Source: Candidatus Enterousia sp. | GTDB lineage: Bacteria > Pseudomonadota > Alphaproteobacteria > Rs-D84 | Assembly (NCBI GenBank): GCA_045630455.1 | Contig: JAZQTD010000030.1 | Span: forward strand, 127,243 to 191,242 | DNA: 64,000 bases | Direction: 5' to 3' | Shown here: positions 28,393 through 37,870 of the stretch, piece by piece | Layout of the letters: every line of letters begins with the position of its first letter | Position numbering within the stretch: position 1 is the first letter of the stretch | Notes under the pieces: generated by a model | What the model saw: only the letters and a program-made list of their open reading frames with translations | Told to the model about the DNA's origin: nothing | Database searches by the model: none | Program-made: the position numbers and the translations under genes

Positions 28393-28813
28393 ATTCGATT
28401 CCATTCATGGATTTTAATAATTTCAGGACTGCTTCGCGTTTGTTGTCGTCAGATAATTTCCAGTACAGTTTGATAATTTCTAGCGTTTCATTTTTTCCCA
28501 TTGGGTCATCGCTATTTTTGGCGCTAACACGCAGTATGGGCTGGGAACGCGTGGTCTTGTTTTCATCTGGCAAATTGCCGGGTAAACCCATAAAGAAAAA
28601 TGACACAGGGGTATCCATCACACGTCCAATATCAAATAATCTTGATGCAGATACACGGTTGCTCGCAGTTTCATATTTCTGAACCTGTTGAAATGTAACA
28701 CCACATGCATCAGCCAAATCTTTCTGGGACAACCCTAACATATTACGGCGCAATTGAATACGACGACCAATATGTTCATCGACAAATGTTGGTGTGTACG
28801 GTTTTCCAGCCAT
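28391..28813 (-). CDS. XRE-family helix-turn-helix transcriptional regulator.
   Basis: HTH LGLSQKDLADACGVTFQQVQKYE. Start placed at MAGKPY, which is preceded by a perfect AGGAGG Shine-Dalgarno site; the ORF track begins 28 codons upstream. Confidence 0.7.
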   Translation of the reverse strand: MAGKPYTPTFVDEHIGRRIQLRRNMLGLSQKDLADACGVTFQQVQKYETASNRVSASRLFDIGRVMDTPVSFFFMGLPGNLPDENKTTRSQPILRVSAKNSDDPMGKNETLEIIKLYWKLSDDNKREAVLKLLKSMNGIE

Positions 28814-28915
28814 ATTAAATCCTCCTGTGAATCTTATACAATCTGCAATTGTATAAAAATTCTGTTCTTTTGCAATTAAAAAACGTGTATAATACAAACA
28901 AAATATGGAGTTGAT

Positions 28916-30391
28916 ATGAAAAAACCATTAGTTCTATGTATTATGGATGGTGTTGGTATTAATTCAGATGTACATAACAACGCTATCGCAATGGCAAATA
29001 TGCCGTTTTTTAGTAAACTGTTAAATAAATACCCGCATTCGCAATTGAATGCCAGTGGTGTTGCGGTGGGGTTGCCCGATGGAACTATGGGTAATTCAGA
29101 GGTTGGGCACATTACAATCGGGGCTGGGCGTGTAGTTAATCAATTCTTGCGCCGGTTCGAAGTAGAAGACTGGAATAAAAATGTCGCATTAAATACCTTT
29201 GTCGCAGATGTGCGGGCGACGGGTGGAATTGTTCATGTCGCTGGTCTGATGAGTGATGGTCGTGTTCATTCTGATGTTAACGATATTATGGTAATTGCAA
29301 AGCGTGTTTTGGATTCTGGGTTGCGTGTGTGCGTGCATTTTATTGCGGACGGTCGTGATACGTCGCCACAGTCTGCGCAAAAATATATTGATTTGGTCAA
29401 AGATAGATTAGCACCATATTTTGCCGATGGTCGTGCATTTTGGGGAACTTTGACAGGACGTTATTATGCGATGGACCGCAACCATAATCTGGACCGTACA
29501 GAAATGGCATTTGATGCAATTGCAAAAGCACGTGCGGAATATACTGCAAATACTATTGATGACGCATTGCGTGATGCATATGCGCGTGGTGAAACTGATG
29601 AATTTATAAAACCAACGGTTATTGATGGTGATGTTGCAATCGATAAAAAAGACGGCTTTATATTCGGCAACTATCGCAGTGACCGCGCCCGCCAGATTAT
29701 GCGTGAAATTATCAAGACGGGTGTGCGGGTGCTGTGTTTTTCACAATATGGCGAAGGGTTGAATGAATTGTGCCCTGCACTGCTGGATGATGTGGTGGTT
29801 GAAAATACACTTGGGGATGTGTTGGCGGAAAATGGACTGTCGCAACTGCGTATTGCTGAGACTGAAAAGTATAATCACGTGACGTACTTTATGGATGCAG
29901 AACGCAATGTTGATTTCGTGGGCGAAAAAAAGATTCTGATTCCGTCGCCAGATGTCGCAACGTTTGATATGAAGCCCGAAATGTCGGCGGCGGAAATTAC
30001 AGACGCGCTGTTGCCGCTGCTGGGTGAATATGACGTAGTAATTCTAAACTGGGCAAATGGCGATATGGTCGGGCATACTGGCAAAATGGATGCAGCGGTT
30101 CGTGCGATGGAAACACTGGATACCCAGTTGGCACGTTTGGTGCCAGCGGTGCTGAATTTGGATGGCACTGTTTTAATTACCGCAGATCACGGAAACGCAG
30201 AAAAAATGTGGGATGATAAAAATAATTCCCCGTGGACTGCGCATACGACAAATCCAGTAAACTTTATAGTGGTGTCAAATAATCCGCCCGCCAGTGTGCG
30301 TGACGGTGGTTTAAGTGATGTTGCACCAACAATGTTAAATTTATTAGGGATAAAACAGCCCAAAGATATGACAGGTACATCGTTGATATAA
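28916..30391 (+). CDS. gpmI: 2,3-bisphosphoglycerate-independent phosphoglycerate mutase.
   Basis: 491 aa with an iPGM N-terminus (LCIMDGVG...SEVGHITIGAGR) and the metal-binding C-terminal ADHGN. Confidence 0.9.
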   Translation: MKKPLVLCIMDGVGINSDVHNNAIAMANMPFFSKLLNKYPHSQLNASGVAVGLPDGTMGNSEVGHITIGAGRVVNQFLRRFEVEDWNKNVALNTFVADVRATGGIVHVAGLMSDGRVHSDVNDIMVIAKRVLDSGLRVCVHFIADGRDTSPQSAQKYIDLVKDRLAPYFADGRAFWGTLTGRYYAMDRNHNLDRTEMAFDAIAKARAEYTANTIDDALRDAYARGETDEFIKPTVIDGDVAIDKKDGFIFGNYRSDRARQIMREIIKTGVRVLCFSQYGEGLNELCPALLDDVVVENTLGDVLAENGLSQLRIAETEKYNHVTYFMDAERNVDFVGEKKILIPSPDVATFDMKPEMSAAEITDALLPLLGEYDVVILNWANGDMVGHTGKMDAAVRAMETLDTQLARLVPAVLNLDGTVLITADHGNAEKMWDDKNNSPWTAHTTNPVNFIVVSNNPPASVRDGGLSDVAPTMLNLLGIKQPKDMTGTSLI

Positions 30392-30411
30392 AAAATCCGG
30401 CAAGTGCCGGA

Positions 30412-30858
30412 TTATTTGTTGCGACGGACGCGGAAAAATTCACGTAATAATTCGGCAGATTCATCCGCAAATTCTGGTATCTGGTGCACGTTTGGTTTCC
30501 ATAAATGGCGGTCGGTGTCATAAATGCGCGCATTCGAAGTTATTCCCCCGCCCTTTTCGTCCGTGGCGGCAAAATACACATTACGAAGACGGGCAAAAGA
30601 TATTGCTGTAGCGCACATGGCGCACGGCTCAAGCGATACATAAATATCACAATCGTCCAAGAATTTTGTCCCAAGTTTTTTACACGCACGATTTATTGCC
30701 ACAATTTCAGCATGCAATGTTGGGTTCTTTTTCTTTTGCACTTGATTTTCGCCACGAGCGATGATTTTTCCGTCACGCACAATCACCGCCCCGATTGGAA
30801 CGTCTTCGTGATTATAGGCACGGCGTGCTAAATTTAATGCTTGTTTCATAAATTTCAT
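30412..30858 (-). CDS. tadA: tRNA-specific adenosine deaminase TadA.
   Basis: HAE...PCAMC zinc deaminase motifs. Start placed at MKFMKQAL; 30885 is an alternative start. Confidence 0.75.
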   Translation of the reverse strand: MKFMKQALNLARRAYNHEDVPIGAVIVRDGKIIARGENQVQKKKNPTLHAEIVAINRACKKLGTKFLDDCDIYVSLEPCAMCATAISFARLRNVYFAATDEKGGGITSNARIYDTDRHLWKPNVHQIPEFADESAELLREFFRVRRNK

Positions 30859-30875
30859 AGGATATACTTTATCGT

Positions 30876-31436
30876 ATGAATTCAAATTTGCAAATTATTT
30901 CCGGACAATTTCGTGGGCGCAAGTTGCGCCTGCCGCCGGATGCGCGTCCGACCCAGAATCGCGCACGAATTGCGCTGTTTAATATGCTGGAATCTGGGAT
31001 TGTTGATGCAAATGCAAATATGAATGTGTGGGATGTTTTTGCGGGTTCGGGTGCTTTTGGTCTGGAATGTGTGTCGCGATATCCCAATACCAAGGTTACG
31101 TTTACAGATGTTGCCCCGACATCAATAAAAACAGTGCGTGATAATTTAAGCCTTTTAGGTGTAGGTGCGCGTGCATCTGTATTCCAAAATGATGCAATTG
31201 CAGCAGTTGGTAGATTTGGTGCAGAAGCAGATGTTGTTTTTGTAGATGCACCATATGACAATCCAGAACTGGGGCGAGTATTTGTAAAAAAAATTGGCGG
31301 AGTCGCAAAAAGTGGCACAATTTTAATCTGGGAACAAGAATCTGTGAACTTTATTGTAGCAGATGAAGCACAATGGGAGATGTTGCGCGACAAAACGTAT
31401 GGACGCGCCCGTTTCTTGATTTTAGAAAAAAAGTAA
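30876..31436 (+). CDS. rsmD: 16S rRNA m2G966 methyltransferase RsmD.
   Basis: RPTQNRARIALFN, DVFAGSGAFGLE, and the VFVDAPY signature. Confidence 0.8.
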   Translation: MNSNLQIISGQFRGRKLRLPPDARPTQNRARIALFNMLESGIVDANANMNVWDVFAGSGAFGLECVSRYPNTKVTFTDVAPTSIKTVRDNLSLLGVGARASVFQNDAIAAVGRFGAEADVVFVDAPYDNPELGRVFVKKIGGVAKSGTILIWEQESVNFIVADEAQWEMLRDKTYGRARFLILEKK

Positions 31437-31608
31437 AATCCTTGCTTATTTTGTCCTTGTAGCATTTTTCTGATTTTTCTATACTTATATTAGTGATATC
31501 CTGGGAAAGGATGTTAACGTATTGTTTGAACGGCATTTTTTGTATTCAGTCTAGTGTGCAAGTTACTGGACTGTTTTTGGAATGCTCTTTTGGGCATGTG
31601 GGAGGAAT

Positions 31609-31806
31609 ATGAGGCGTATAGTGCTGATTATTTGTATATTGTCTACTGGAAACGCGTTCGCGGATCTGGCGTCGACCACATATGTTCAAAGTGTTTCAGA
31701 AACAAAAGTCGATGTTACAGCAAATGCGAATCAAATAATGCAGGGAACATACCATGTTAGTGGGGTGATGACGGTAGAAACGCCGCCATTACCACCAATG
31801 CCATAA
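31609..31806 (+). CDS. Small secreted protein (65 aa) upstream of the giant repeat protein.
   Basis: GGGAGGAA Shine-Dalgarno site, then MRRIVLIICILSTGNAFA signal peptide; ends 16 nt before the next gene. Confidence 0.45.
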   Translation: MRRIVLIICILSTGNAFADLASTTYVQSVSETKVDVTANANQIMQGTYHVSGVMTVETPPLPPMP

Positions 31807-31821
31807 TCCAAACGGCATAAA

Positions 31822-34683
31822 ATGAAACGCGTATTGTGTTTTTTGTTTAGTGTTTTTCTTGGCTGGACCGCGTATGCAGCCCAGGCTGTTAATGTTGAAT
31901 ATATTCATGATTTAATACTGCAAAAATGGAATATTTCTGTGCCATATAATTCCGCACTAAATAATATGCAGGCTGTGGCTAACATGAAATATTTATTAAC
32001 ATCAGTTGATGTAGCGAATGCTATGTTAAATGGGGGCGCGATTACAGATTGGGGAAACAGCACATATGCAACAAACCAAGTGGCAGATACCGTTGCCGCT
32101 AACCAGGTGATTGCAAATCTGATTAAATTGCCGGTTGGCGAATATCCGTTTGAAATAAAAACGACCAAGGATACCATATACTTCAGTTTTAGTATGTCGG
32201 CAAAAGGAAGCTTTGTTGTAAACTGGGGGGATGGCAATATAGAAGTAATAACCAACCCAGATACCAGTACTGTTACATATGATCATACGTATAATGTTGC
32301 AAAAAATTATACTATTGGCATAAAGGGAACTGCGACCGCATACAGTAATGGTTCTTCTATACCGGTGATTAGTTTTGATGGAAATGAAAACATTTCGATG
32401 ATATTTGGTTCTGTTGGCCAAGTCTTTCCAACATTAGCAAATGGTACGAATCCAAAATTTTATTACACATTTGCAAATTTGCCCAATATATCTGGTGGAA
32501 TTCCAAGTACATTGTTTAGCGGTATAACGGGTGTACCCGCAAAAAATATGTTTTATGGAACTTTTTATGGTTCTGCTGGATTAACCGGTGGCATTCCCGG
32601 GACATTGTTTTCAGGACTGGATGGCGCGCCAACCGAAGGAATATTTTATCGTACGTTCGAAAAATGTACGGGCTTAAGTGGTCCTATCCCATCCGATTTA
32701 TTCGCTGGGATTCATGGTACACCGGCACGTGATATGTTTCACAGCACGTTTTCTGGGTGCAAGGGACTGACAGCGATACCAGATGGACTGTTTGCCGGTA
32801 TAAATGGCGCGCCCGCACAACGTATGTATAATGCTACTTTTTATGAATGTTCGGGCATAACAAGTAATATCCCAGACAAGCTATTTGGTACATTTAATGG
32901 TGCTCCTCAAGAATTGATGTTTGGTAACACGTTTCATGGGTGTACTAACCTAACGGGGAAAATCCCTGTTGATTTGTTTGCTGGGATAACTGGGGCGCCA
33001 ATACAGCGTATGTTTGAAGGCACGTTCAGTATGTGTTCTGGATTAACGGGGCAAATACCGGCGAATTTATTTTCAAGCATGGGGGGGACGCCAGCCGCCA
33101 GTATGTTTTATAATACATTTACAGGATGTTCTGGGTTGACCGGCACTGTGCCAGCGGGACTGTTTGCAACATTTAGTGGTGCGCCAGCACAGCGTATGTT
33201 TAATAAAACGTTTTATAACTGTAATCAGCTGACAGGAATTGATAGTGGCGTGTTTGGTGAGTTGTCCGGTGATGCTCAAGCTGGAATGTTTGAAGAAATG
33301 TTTAATCGTGCAACCGCTTTGCGTGGTCCTTCTGCTAAGATTGGGAGTAAGTATTTGTATGAAATATGGCCCGATGCGACCAGCGCCCAGGTTGGAAAAA
33401 TGTATTCTGAGGCAACAGGTTTGTCAGATTATGAATATATACCAATTGTATGGGGGGGGCTGGGACAGCAACGACCAGATTATAAACTGTATTTAGATCA
33501 TTATTATCAGCGGGTGGGAAGCAATGGAGATGTCCGTGATTCTGATTATTTGCTAATGATTTCAGCAGCCGGTAAGTACAACATTGATTGGGGAGATGGA
33601 ACAGAAGAAGTTATTGAAAAAAATACAGTTGGAGAGCAATGGTTTGGACATGATTATGCTAATGATGGCGAATATCTTGTTCGTATTGGAGGACGGGCCA
33701 CAGAGTATGCCAGTGATCCTGATTTATCAACTGTAATATTAGGTAGCAGTATAGCGTGCATAGATGAGTGGAATCGTCCGGGTGGAAAATGTCCCCTTGC
33801 ATTAACACATATTGATGGATGTTTAGGGTGCGTTTTCCCAACATTGGAAAATGGCTCGCAACCACGATTTATTGACACATTTGCAGATGCAATGGATTTT
33901 TATAACATACCAGCCGGACTGTTTTCGGATATTAATGGTGCACCCGTGAAAAATATGTTTCAACGAACTTTTTCCTTTACATCTTTGTCAACGGTGCCGG
34001 CGGGTTTATTCGCAGGAATCCAGGGGGCGCCAGCGGAATATATGTTTAGCAGCACTTTTGCTGGTACCTATTTAGAATCAATACCAGAAGGATTGTTTGC
34101 GGGGATTAAAGGACCTCCGGCAAAAGGGATGTTTAAAGGAACGTTTACTGAAGCCGCAATAGAATCAATACCAGAAGGATTGTTTGCAGGAATCAAAGGA
34201 CCTCCGGCCGAGGATATGTTTAATGCTACATTTTCGGCTAACTGGGGACTAGAATCAATCCCCGAAGATTTATTTGCGGGCATTCAAGGTCCACCTGCCG
34301 CAGGTATGTTCGCCGGTACTTTTAGATTTGCACCAATAACATCCCTACCGTCGGGCTTATTCGCCGGGATTCAGGGACCGCCGGCCGAGGATATGTTTAA
34401 TAGTACATTTGCGAATAATTGGGGACTGGAATCAATACCTGAAAACTTATTTGCGGGGATTGATACCACCGCGCCATCTGCACGGTATATGTTTGCAGAA
34501 ACATTTAGGGACTGCTTTAACTTGACTGGACCGTCCGCACGTATTAATGGACGATACCTGTATAATATTTGGCCCGATGGATACGATATGTATTCAGGAT
34601 GCGAAGGGCTGACTGATTATAATTGTATCCCAAGTGCATGGGGCGGTGGTGGCCATAATTGCCTATGGACCGATCCTACATGA
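31822..34683 (+). CDS. Giant secreted modular repeat protein built from two modules, each a PKD-like domain followed by 7-8 novel 29-31-aa repeats (LRR-like) and a conserved C-cap.
   Basis: Signal peptide MKRVLCFLFSVFLGWTAYA. PKD-like segments VNWGDGNIEV...YDHTY and IDWGDGTEEV...GHDY. Repeat consensus LFAGIxGAPAxxMFxxTFxxCxGLTGxIPxx. Caps YLYEIWPD...GLSDYEYIPIVWGG and YLYNIWPD...GLTDYNCIPSAWGG. Confidence 0.7.
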   Translation: MKRVLCFLFSVFLGWTAYAAQAVNVEYIHDLILQKWNISVPYNSALNNMQAVANMKYLLTSVDVANAMLNGGAITDWGNSTYATNQVADTVAANQVIANLIKLPVGEYPFEIKTTKDTIYFSFSMSAKGSFVVNWGDGNIEVITNPDTSTVTYDHTYNVAKNYTIGIKGTATAYSNGSSIPVISFDGNENISMIFGSVGQVFPTLANGTNPKFYYTFANLPNISGGIPSTLFSGITGVPAKNMFYGTFYGSAGLTGGIPGTLFSGLDGAPTEGIFYRTFEKCTGLSGPIPSDLFAGIHGTPARDMFHSTFSGCKGLTAIPDGLFAGINGAPAQRMYNATFYECSGITSNIPDKLFGTFNGAPQELMFGNTFHGCTNLTGKIPVDLFAGITGAPIQRMFEGTFSMCSGLTGQIPANLFSSMGGTPAASMFYNTFTGCSGLTGTVPAGLFATFSGAPAQRMFNKTFYNCNQLTGIDSGVFGELSGDAQAGMFEEMFNRATALRGPSAKIGSKYLYEIWPDATSAQVGKMYSEATGLSDYEYIPIVWGGLGQQRPDYKLYLDHYYQRVGSNGDVRDSDYLLMISAAGKYNIDWGDGTEEVIEKNTVGEQWFGHDYANDGEYLVRIGGRATEYASDPDLSTVILGSSIACIDEWNRPGGKCPLALTHIDGCLGCVFPTLENGSQPRFIDTFADAMDFYNIPAGLFSDINGAPVKNMFQRTFSFTSLSTVPAGLFAGIQGAPAEYMFSSTFAGTYLESIPEGLFAGIKGPPAKGMFKGTFTEAAIESIPEGLFAGIKGPPAEDMFNATFSANWGLESIPEDLFAGIQGPPAAGMFAGTFRFAPITSLPSGLFAGIQGPPAEDMFNSTFANNWGLESIPENLFAGIDTTAPSARYMFAETFRDCFNLTGPSARINGRYLYNIWPDGYDMYSGCEGLTDYNCIPSAWGGGGHNCLWTDPT
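34081..34470 (+). repeat. Tandem 87-bp coding repeats (about 4.5 copies, high DNA identity) inside the repeat-protein gene.
   Basis: ATACCAGAAGGATTGTTTGC(G/A)GG...GGACCTCCGGC... recurs with an 87-bp period at about 34081, 34168, 34255, 34342 and 34429. Confidence 0.6.
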
Positions 34684-34684
34684 T

Positions 34685-35041
34685 ATGTTTCATGGTACGT
34701 TTTACGGTTGTTCAAAACTGCGTAGCAATATTCCAACGGGGCTGTTTGCCGGTATAAGTGGCGCGCCCGCCCAGGGTATGTTTAGCCAAACATTTTATCA
34801 GTGCACAAAAATAACCGGTATTGATGCCAATGTTTTTGGTGATTTAACAGGTGCCGCACAAACAGATATGTTTAAGCAAACGTTTTATGGCAATAATAAA
34901 ATGTATGGATATTCACCACAAATAAATGGGCAATATTTGTATGAGATATGGCCAAATGCGATCCAGGCTCAGGTTGGGGGTGCTTTCTATAAATGTCAAA
35001 AGCTGTCTGACTATCGTTCTATCCCCAGTGCATGGCGATAA
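34685..35041 (+). CDS. Mini-paralog or possibly frameshifted extension of the repeat protein, with two repeats plus a C-cap.
   Basis: MFHGTFYGCSKLRSNIPTGLFAGISGAPAQGMF...YLYEIWPNA...LSDYRSIPSAWR. The ATG lies 1 nt after the upstream stop. No Shine-Dalgarno site. Reads in a different frame from the 953-aa ORF. Confidence 0.35.
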   Translation: MFHGTFYGCSKLRSNIPTGLFAGISGAPAQGMFSQTFYQCTKITGIDANVFGDLTGAAQTDMFKQTFYGNNKMYGYSPQINGQYLYEIWPNAIQAQVGGAFYKCQKLSDYRSIPSAWR

Positions 35042-35142
35042 AAAACACTTGATTTTATGTTGTTTTTAGGTAATAATGTAGCCCGCGCAGCACCCTTGGA
35101 GGCTGGGCAAAGTTAAACTAATGCTATAAAAAGGATATAAAA

Positions 35143-35760
35143 ATGGCAATTAATATTAATGCAGAAATTCGCAATGTTGCTGGCAAGGGGGCCGCACGTA
35201 GCATCCGCAATAACAAAAATATTCCGGCTGTTATCTATGGTGAAAAGAAAGCCCCAGTTGCAATTGAACTGAACGGTCGTGAATTTGAAATGCTGGTAAA
35301 AGTTCCAGGTTTGCGGACAAAATTGTTCCAAATCGCAACTGCAAACGGCACAGAAGATGCAATGTTGATGGATATTCAATATCATCCAGTCTCTGATGCG
35401 GTTATTCACGCAGATTTCAAACGTATTGACGTTAAAAAACCAGTTAACGTGGTTGTGCCGGTTGAAGTTATCAATGCTGAAACTTCTAAGGGCTTGAAAT
35501 TGGGCGGCACATTGAACTTTGCAGTGCGTAAGGTTGCATTGCGTGGTTTGGTTGACGTTATCCCAGAAAAAATCATTATTGATTTAGCAAACTTGACAAT
35601 CGGTGACGTAGTTCATGGTTCTGACTTGGCGTTGCCAGCGGGTGTTGAATTGGGCCTGCACCAGGCAGAATTGGCGTTCGCGACAATCGGCGGTAAAATG
35701 CCAATGGAAGAAGATGAAAAGGCTAAAGCCGCTGCAATGGCCGCCTCTAAGAAAAAATAA
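35143..35760 (+). CDS. rplY: 50S ribosomal protein L25 / general stress protein Ctc.
   Basis: 205 aa with N-terminus MAININAEIRNVAGKGAARSIRNNKNIPAVIYG. Confidence 0.85.
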   Translation: MAININAEIRNVAGKGAARSIRNNKNIPAVIYGEKKAPVAIELNGREFEMLVKVPGLRTKLFQIATANGTEDAMLMDIQYHPVSDAVIHADFKRIDVKKPVNVVVPVEVINAETSKGLKLGGTLNFAVRKVALRGLVDVIPEKIIIDLANLTIGDVVHGSDLALPAGVELGLHQAELAFATIGGKMPMEEDEKAKAAAMAASKKK

Positions 35761-35774
35761 ACCTTTGAATTTAT

Positions 35775-35804
35775 TTACCGCCCGCTCGGGCGGTTTTTTT
35801 TATA
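35775..35804 (+). terminator. Intrinsic terminator after rplY.
   Basis: ACCGCCCGCTCGGGCGGT followed by T8. Confidence 0.6.
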
Positions 35805-35896
35805 TGTTTTTTTAAGAAAAAGTGTCTATTGCCTCTTGAAATGCTTTTATGATTAACTATATGGTGGTTAAGCGAAAAATTTAAGGAGTGAATAAA

Positions 35897-37789
35897 ATGG
35901 GAAAAGTAATTGGTATCGACTTGGGTACAACTAATTCCGCCATGGCTTTTATGGACGGGTCAGATCCAAAAATTATCGAAAATTCTGAGGGTCAGCGAAC
36001 AACTCCATCGGTTGTTGCATTGACTTCGAACGGTGAACAGTTGGTTGGTATTACCGCCAAGAATCAGGCTGTCACAAATCCTGAAAATACAATCTATGAA
36101 ATCAAACGTTTGATGGGCTTGCGTTTTGACAGCCCTGCGGTGCGTGAAATTGCAGCACGTGTGCCATATAAAATCGTGGCGGGCGACAATGGTGACGCAT
36201 GGGTTGAAATGGATGGTAAAAAATATGCTCCATCCCAGATTTCTGCAATGATTTTGGCTAAATTGAAAAAAGATGCAGAATCCTATTTGGGCGAAACTGT
36301 GACCGATGCAGTTATCACCGTTCCTGCATACTTTAATGATTCACAACGTCAGGCAACAAAAGATGCGGGTCGTATCGCAGGTTTGAACGTTTTGCGTATT
36401 GTTAATGAACCAACTGCCGCTGCATTGGCGTACGGTCTGGACAAAGGCAAAGACGGTGTTATCGCGGTTTATGACTTGGGCGGTGGTACGTTTGACGTTT
36501 CTATTCTGGAAATCGTAGACGGTGTATTCGAAGTAAAATCAACCAACGGTGATACTGCGTTGGGTGGTTCGGACTTTGACGCACGTATCTTGGAACATTT
36601 AATTGCGGAATTTAAATCTCAGACGGGTATTGATTTGTCAGGCGATAAATTGGCGTTGCAACGCTTGAAAGAAGCCGCAGAAAAGGCAAAAATTGAATTG
36701 TCGTCCAAGACAACAACTGATATCAACCTGCCTTTCTTGACAGCAGACGCATCAGGCCCAAAGCACTTTAACACAACATTAACACGTGCAAAATTGGAAT
36801 CTTTGGTTGCGGACTTAATCGAACGCACAATCGAACCATGCAAAAAAGCATTAAAAGATGCGGGCTTGGAAAAATCTCAGATTAACGAAGTTATCTTGGT
36901 CGGCGGTCAGACACGTATGCCAAAGGTCGCAGAGACAGTTAAAGAATTCTTTGGTCGTGAACCACACAAGGGTGTTAATCCAGACGAAGTTGTTGGTATG
37001 GGTGCTGCAATTCAGGGAGGTGTTCTGAAAGGCGATGTCAAAGACGTTCTGTTGCTGGACGTGACACCATTATCATTGGGTATTGAAACATTGGGTGGTG
37101 TGTTCACACGTTTAATCGATCGCAATACTACAATTCCAACTAAAAAATCACAGGTGTTTAGTACCGCAGAAGATAATCAATCAGCTGTGACAATTCGCGT
37201 ATTCCAAGGCGAACGTGATATGGCGGCAGATAACAAATTACTGGGCCAGTTTAATCTGGAAGGTATTGCCCCTGCCCCACGTGGTATGCCACAAATTGAA
37301 GTGTCTTTTGATATTGATGCGAACGGTATCGTTCACGTGTCTGCAAAAGATAAAGGTACCGGCAAAGAACAAGCGATTTCTATTAAATCAGACGGTGGTT
37401 TAAGCGAAGACGAAATCAAACGTATGGTTGATGAAGCTGCAGCCAACGCCGAAGCGGATAAAAAGAAACGTGAATTAGCCGAAGCGAAAAATACCGCCGA
37501 GACTGCTATATTCAGTATTGAAAAATCACTGAAAGAACATGGCGATAAAATCAGCGAAGAAGAAAAGAAAACAATCGAAGAAGCAAAGAAAGAATTGGCC
37601 GATGAGTTAACTAAGGCAGAAGCCACCGCAGAATCATTAAAAGCCAAGACAGATGCATTGTCTGAAAAGGCTATGAAACTGGGCGAAGCGGTCTATAAAG
37701 CCGCCCAGGCAGAACAAGCCGCACAGGGTGCCGAAGAAAAGAAAAATGATGACGGCACGGTCGATGCAGACTTTTCTGAAAAGAAATAG
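35897..37789 (+). CDS. dnaK: Chaperone DnaK (Hsp70).
   Basis: [16 protein letters not shown], and a substrate-binding domain plus lid with an EEKK tail. AAGGAG Shine-Dalgarno site 8 nt upstream of MGKVIG. No dnaJ follows. Confidence 0.85.
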   Translation: MGKVIGIDLGTTNSAMAFMDGSDPKIIENSEGQRTTPSVVALTSNGEQLVGITAKNQAVTNPENTIYEIKRLMGLRFDSPAVREIAARVPYKIVAGDNGDAWVEMDGKKYAPSQISAMILAKLKKDAESYLGETVTDAVITVPAYFNDSQRQATKDAGRIAGLNVLRIVNEPTAAALAYGLDKGKDGVIAVYDLGGGTFDVSILEIVDGVFEVKSTNGDTALGGSDFDARILEHLIAEFKSQTGIDLSGDKLALQRLKEAAEKAKIELSSKTTTDINLPFLTADASGPKHFNTTLTRAKLESLVADLIERTIEPCKKALKDAGLEKSQINEVILVGGQTRMPKVAETVKEFFGREPHKGVNPDEVVGMGAAIQGGVLKGDVKDVLLLDVTPLSLGIETLGGVFTRLIDRNTTIPTKKSQVFSTAEDNQSAVTIRVFQGERDMAADNKLLGQFNLEGIAPAPRGMPQIEVSFDIDANGIVHVSAKDKGTGKEQAISIKSDGGLSEDEIKRMVDEAAANAEADKKKRELAEAKNTAETAIFSIEKSLKEHGDKISEEEKKTIEEAKKELADELTKAEATAESLKAKTDALSEKAMKLGEAVYKAAQAEQAAQGAEEKKNDDGTVDADFSEKK

Positions 37790-37802
37790 TTAGAAAAAAG
37801 AA

Positions 37803-37832
37803 AAATCCCCCAGACGGGGGATTTTTTTTTTG
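37803..37832 (+). terminator. Intrinsic terminator after dnaK; one member of a recurring AATCCCCCAGACGGGGGATTTTTT element.
   Basis: ATCCCCCAGACGGGGGAT hairpin followed by T10. Confidence 0.65.
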
Positions 37833-37870
37833 CACAGTACGGAAGCTTGTAATGCGCGAAATATGGTTGG

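Noticed and set aside
34070-34470. A CRISPR array or non-coding tandem repeat at the 87-bp repeats.
   Set aside because: The repeats are in-frame coding units of the repeat protein (29 aa each), with no spacer-repeat architecture. No CRISPR array was seen anywhere in the window.
34634-35041. The 135-aa ORF as reported from a GTG start at 34634.
   Set aside because: The GTG start would overlap the last 50 nt of the 953-aa gene. The ATG at 34685, which begins exactly at a repeat boundary, is more plausible. The region is kept as a low-confidence mini-paralog or possible frameshift.
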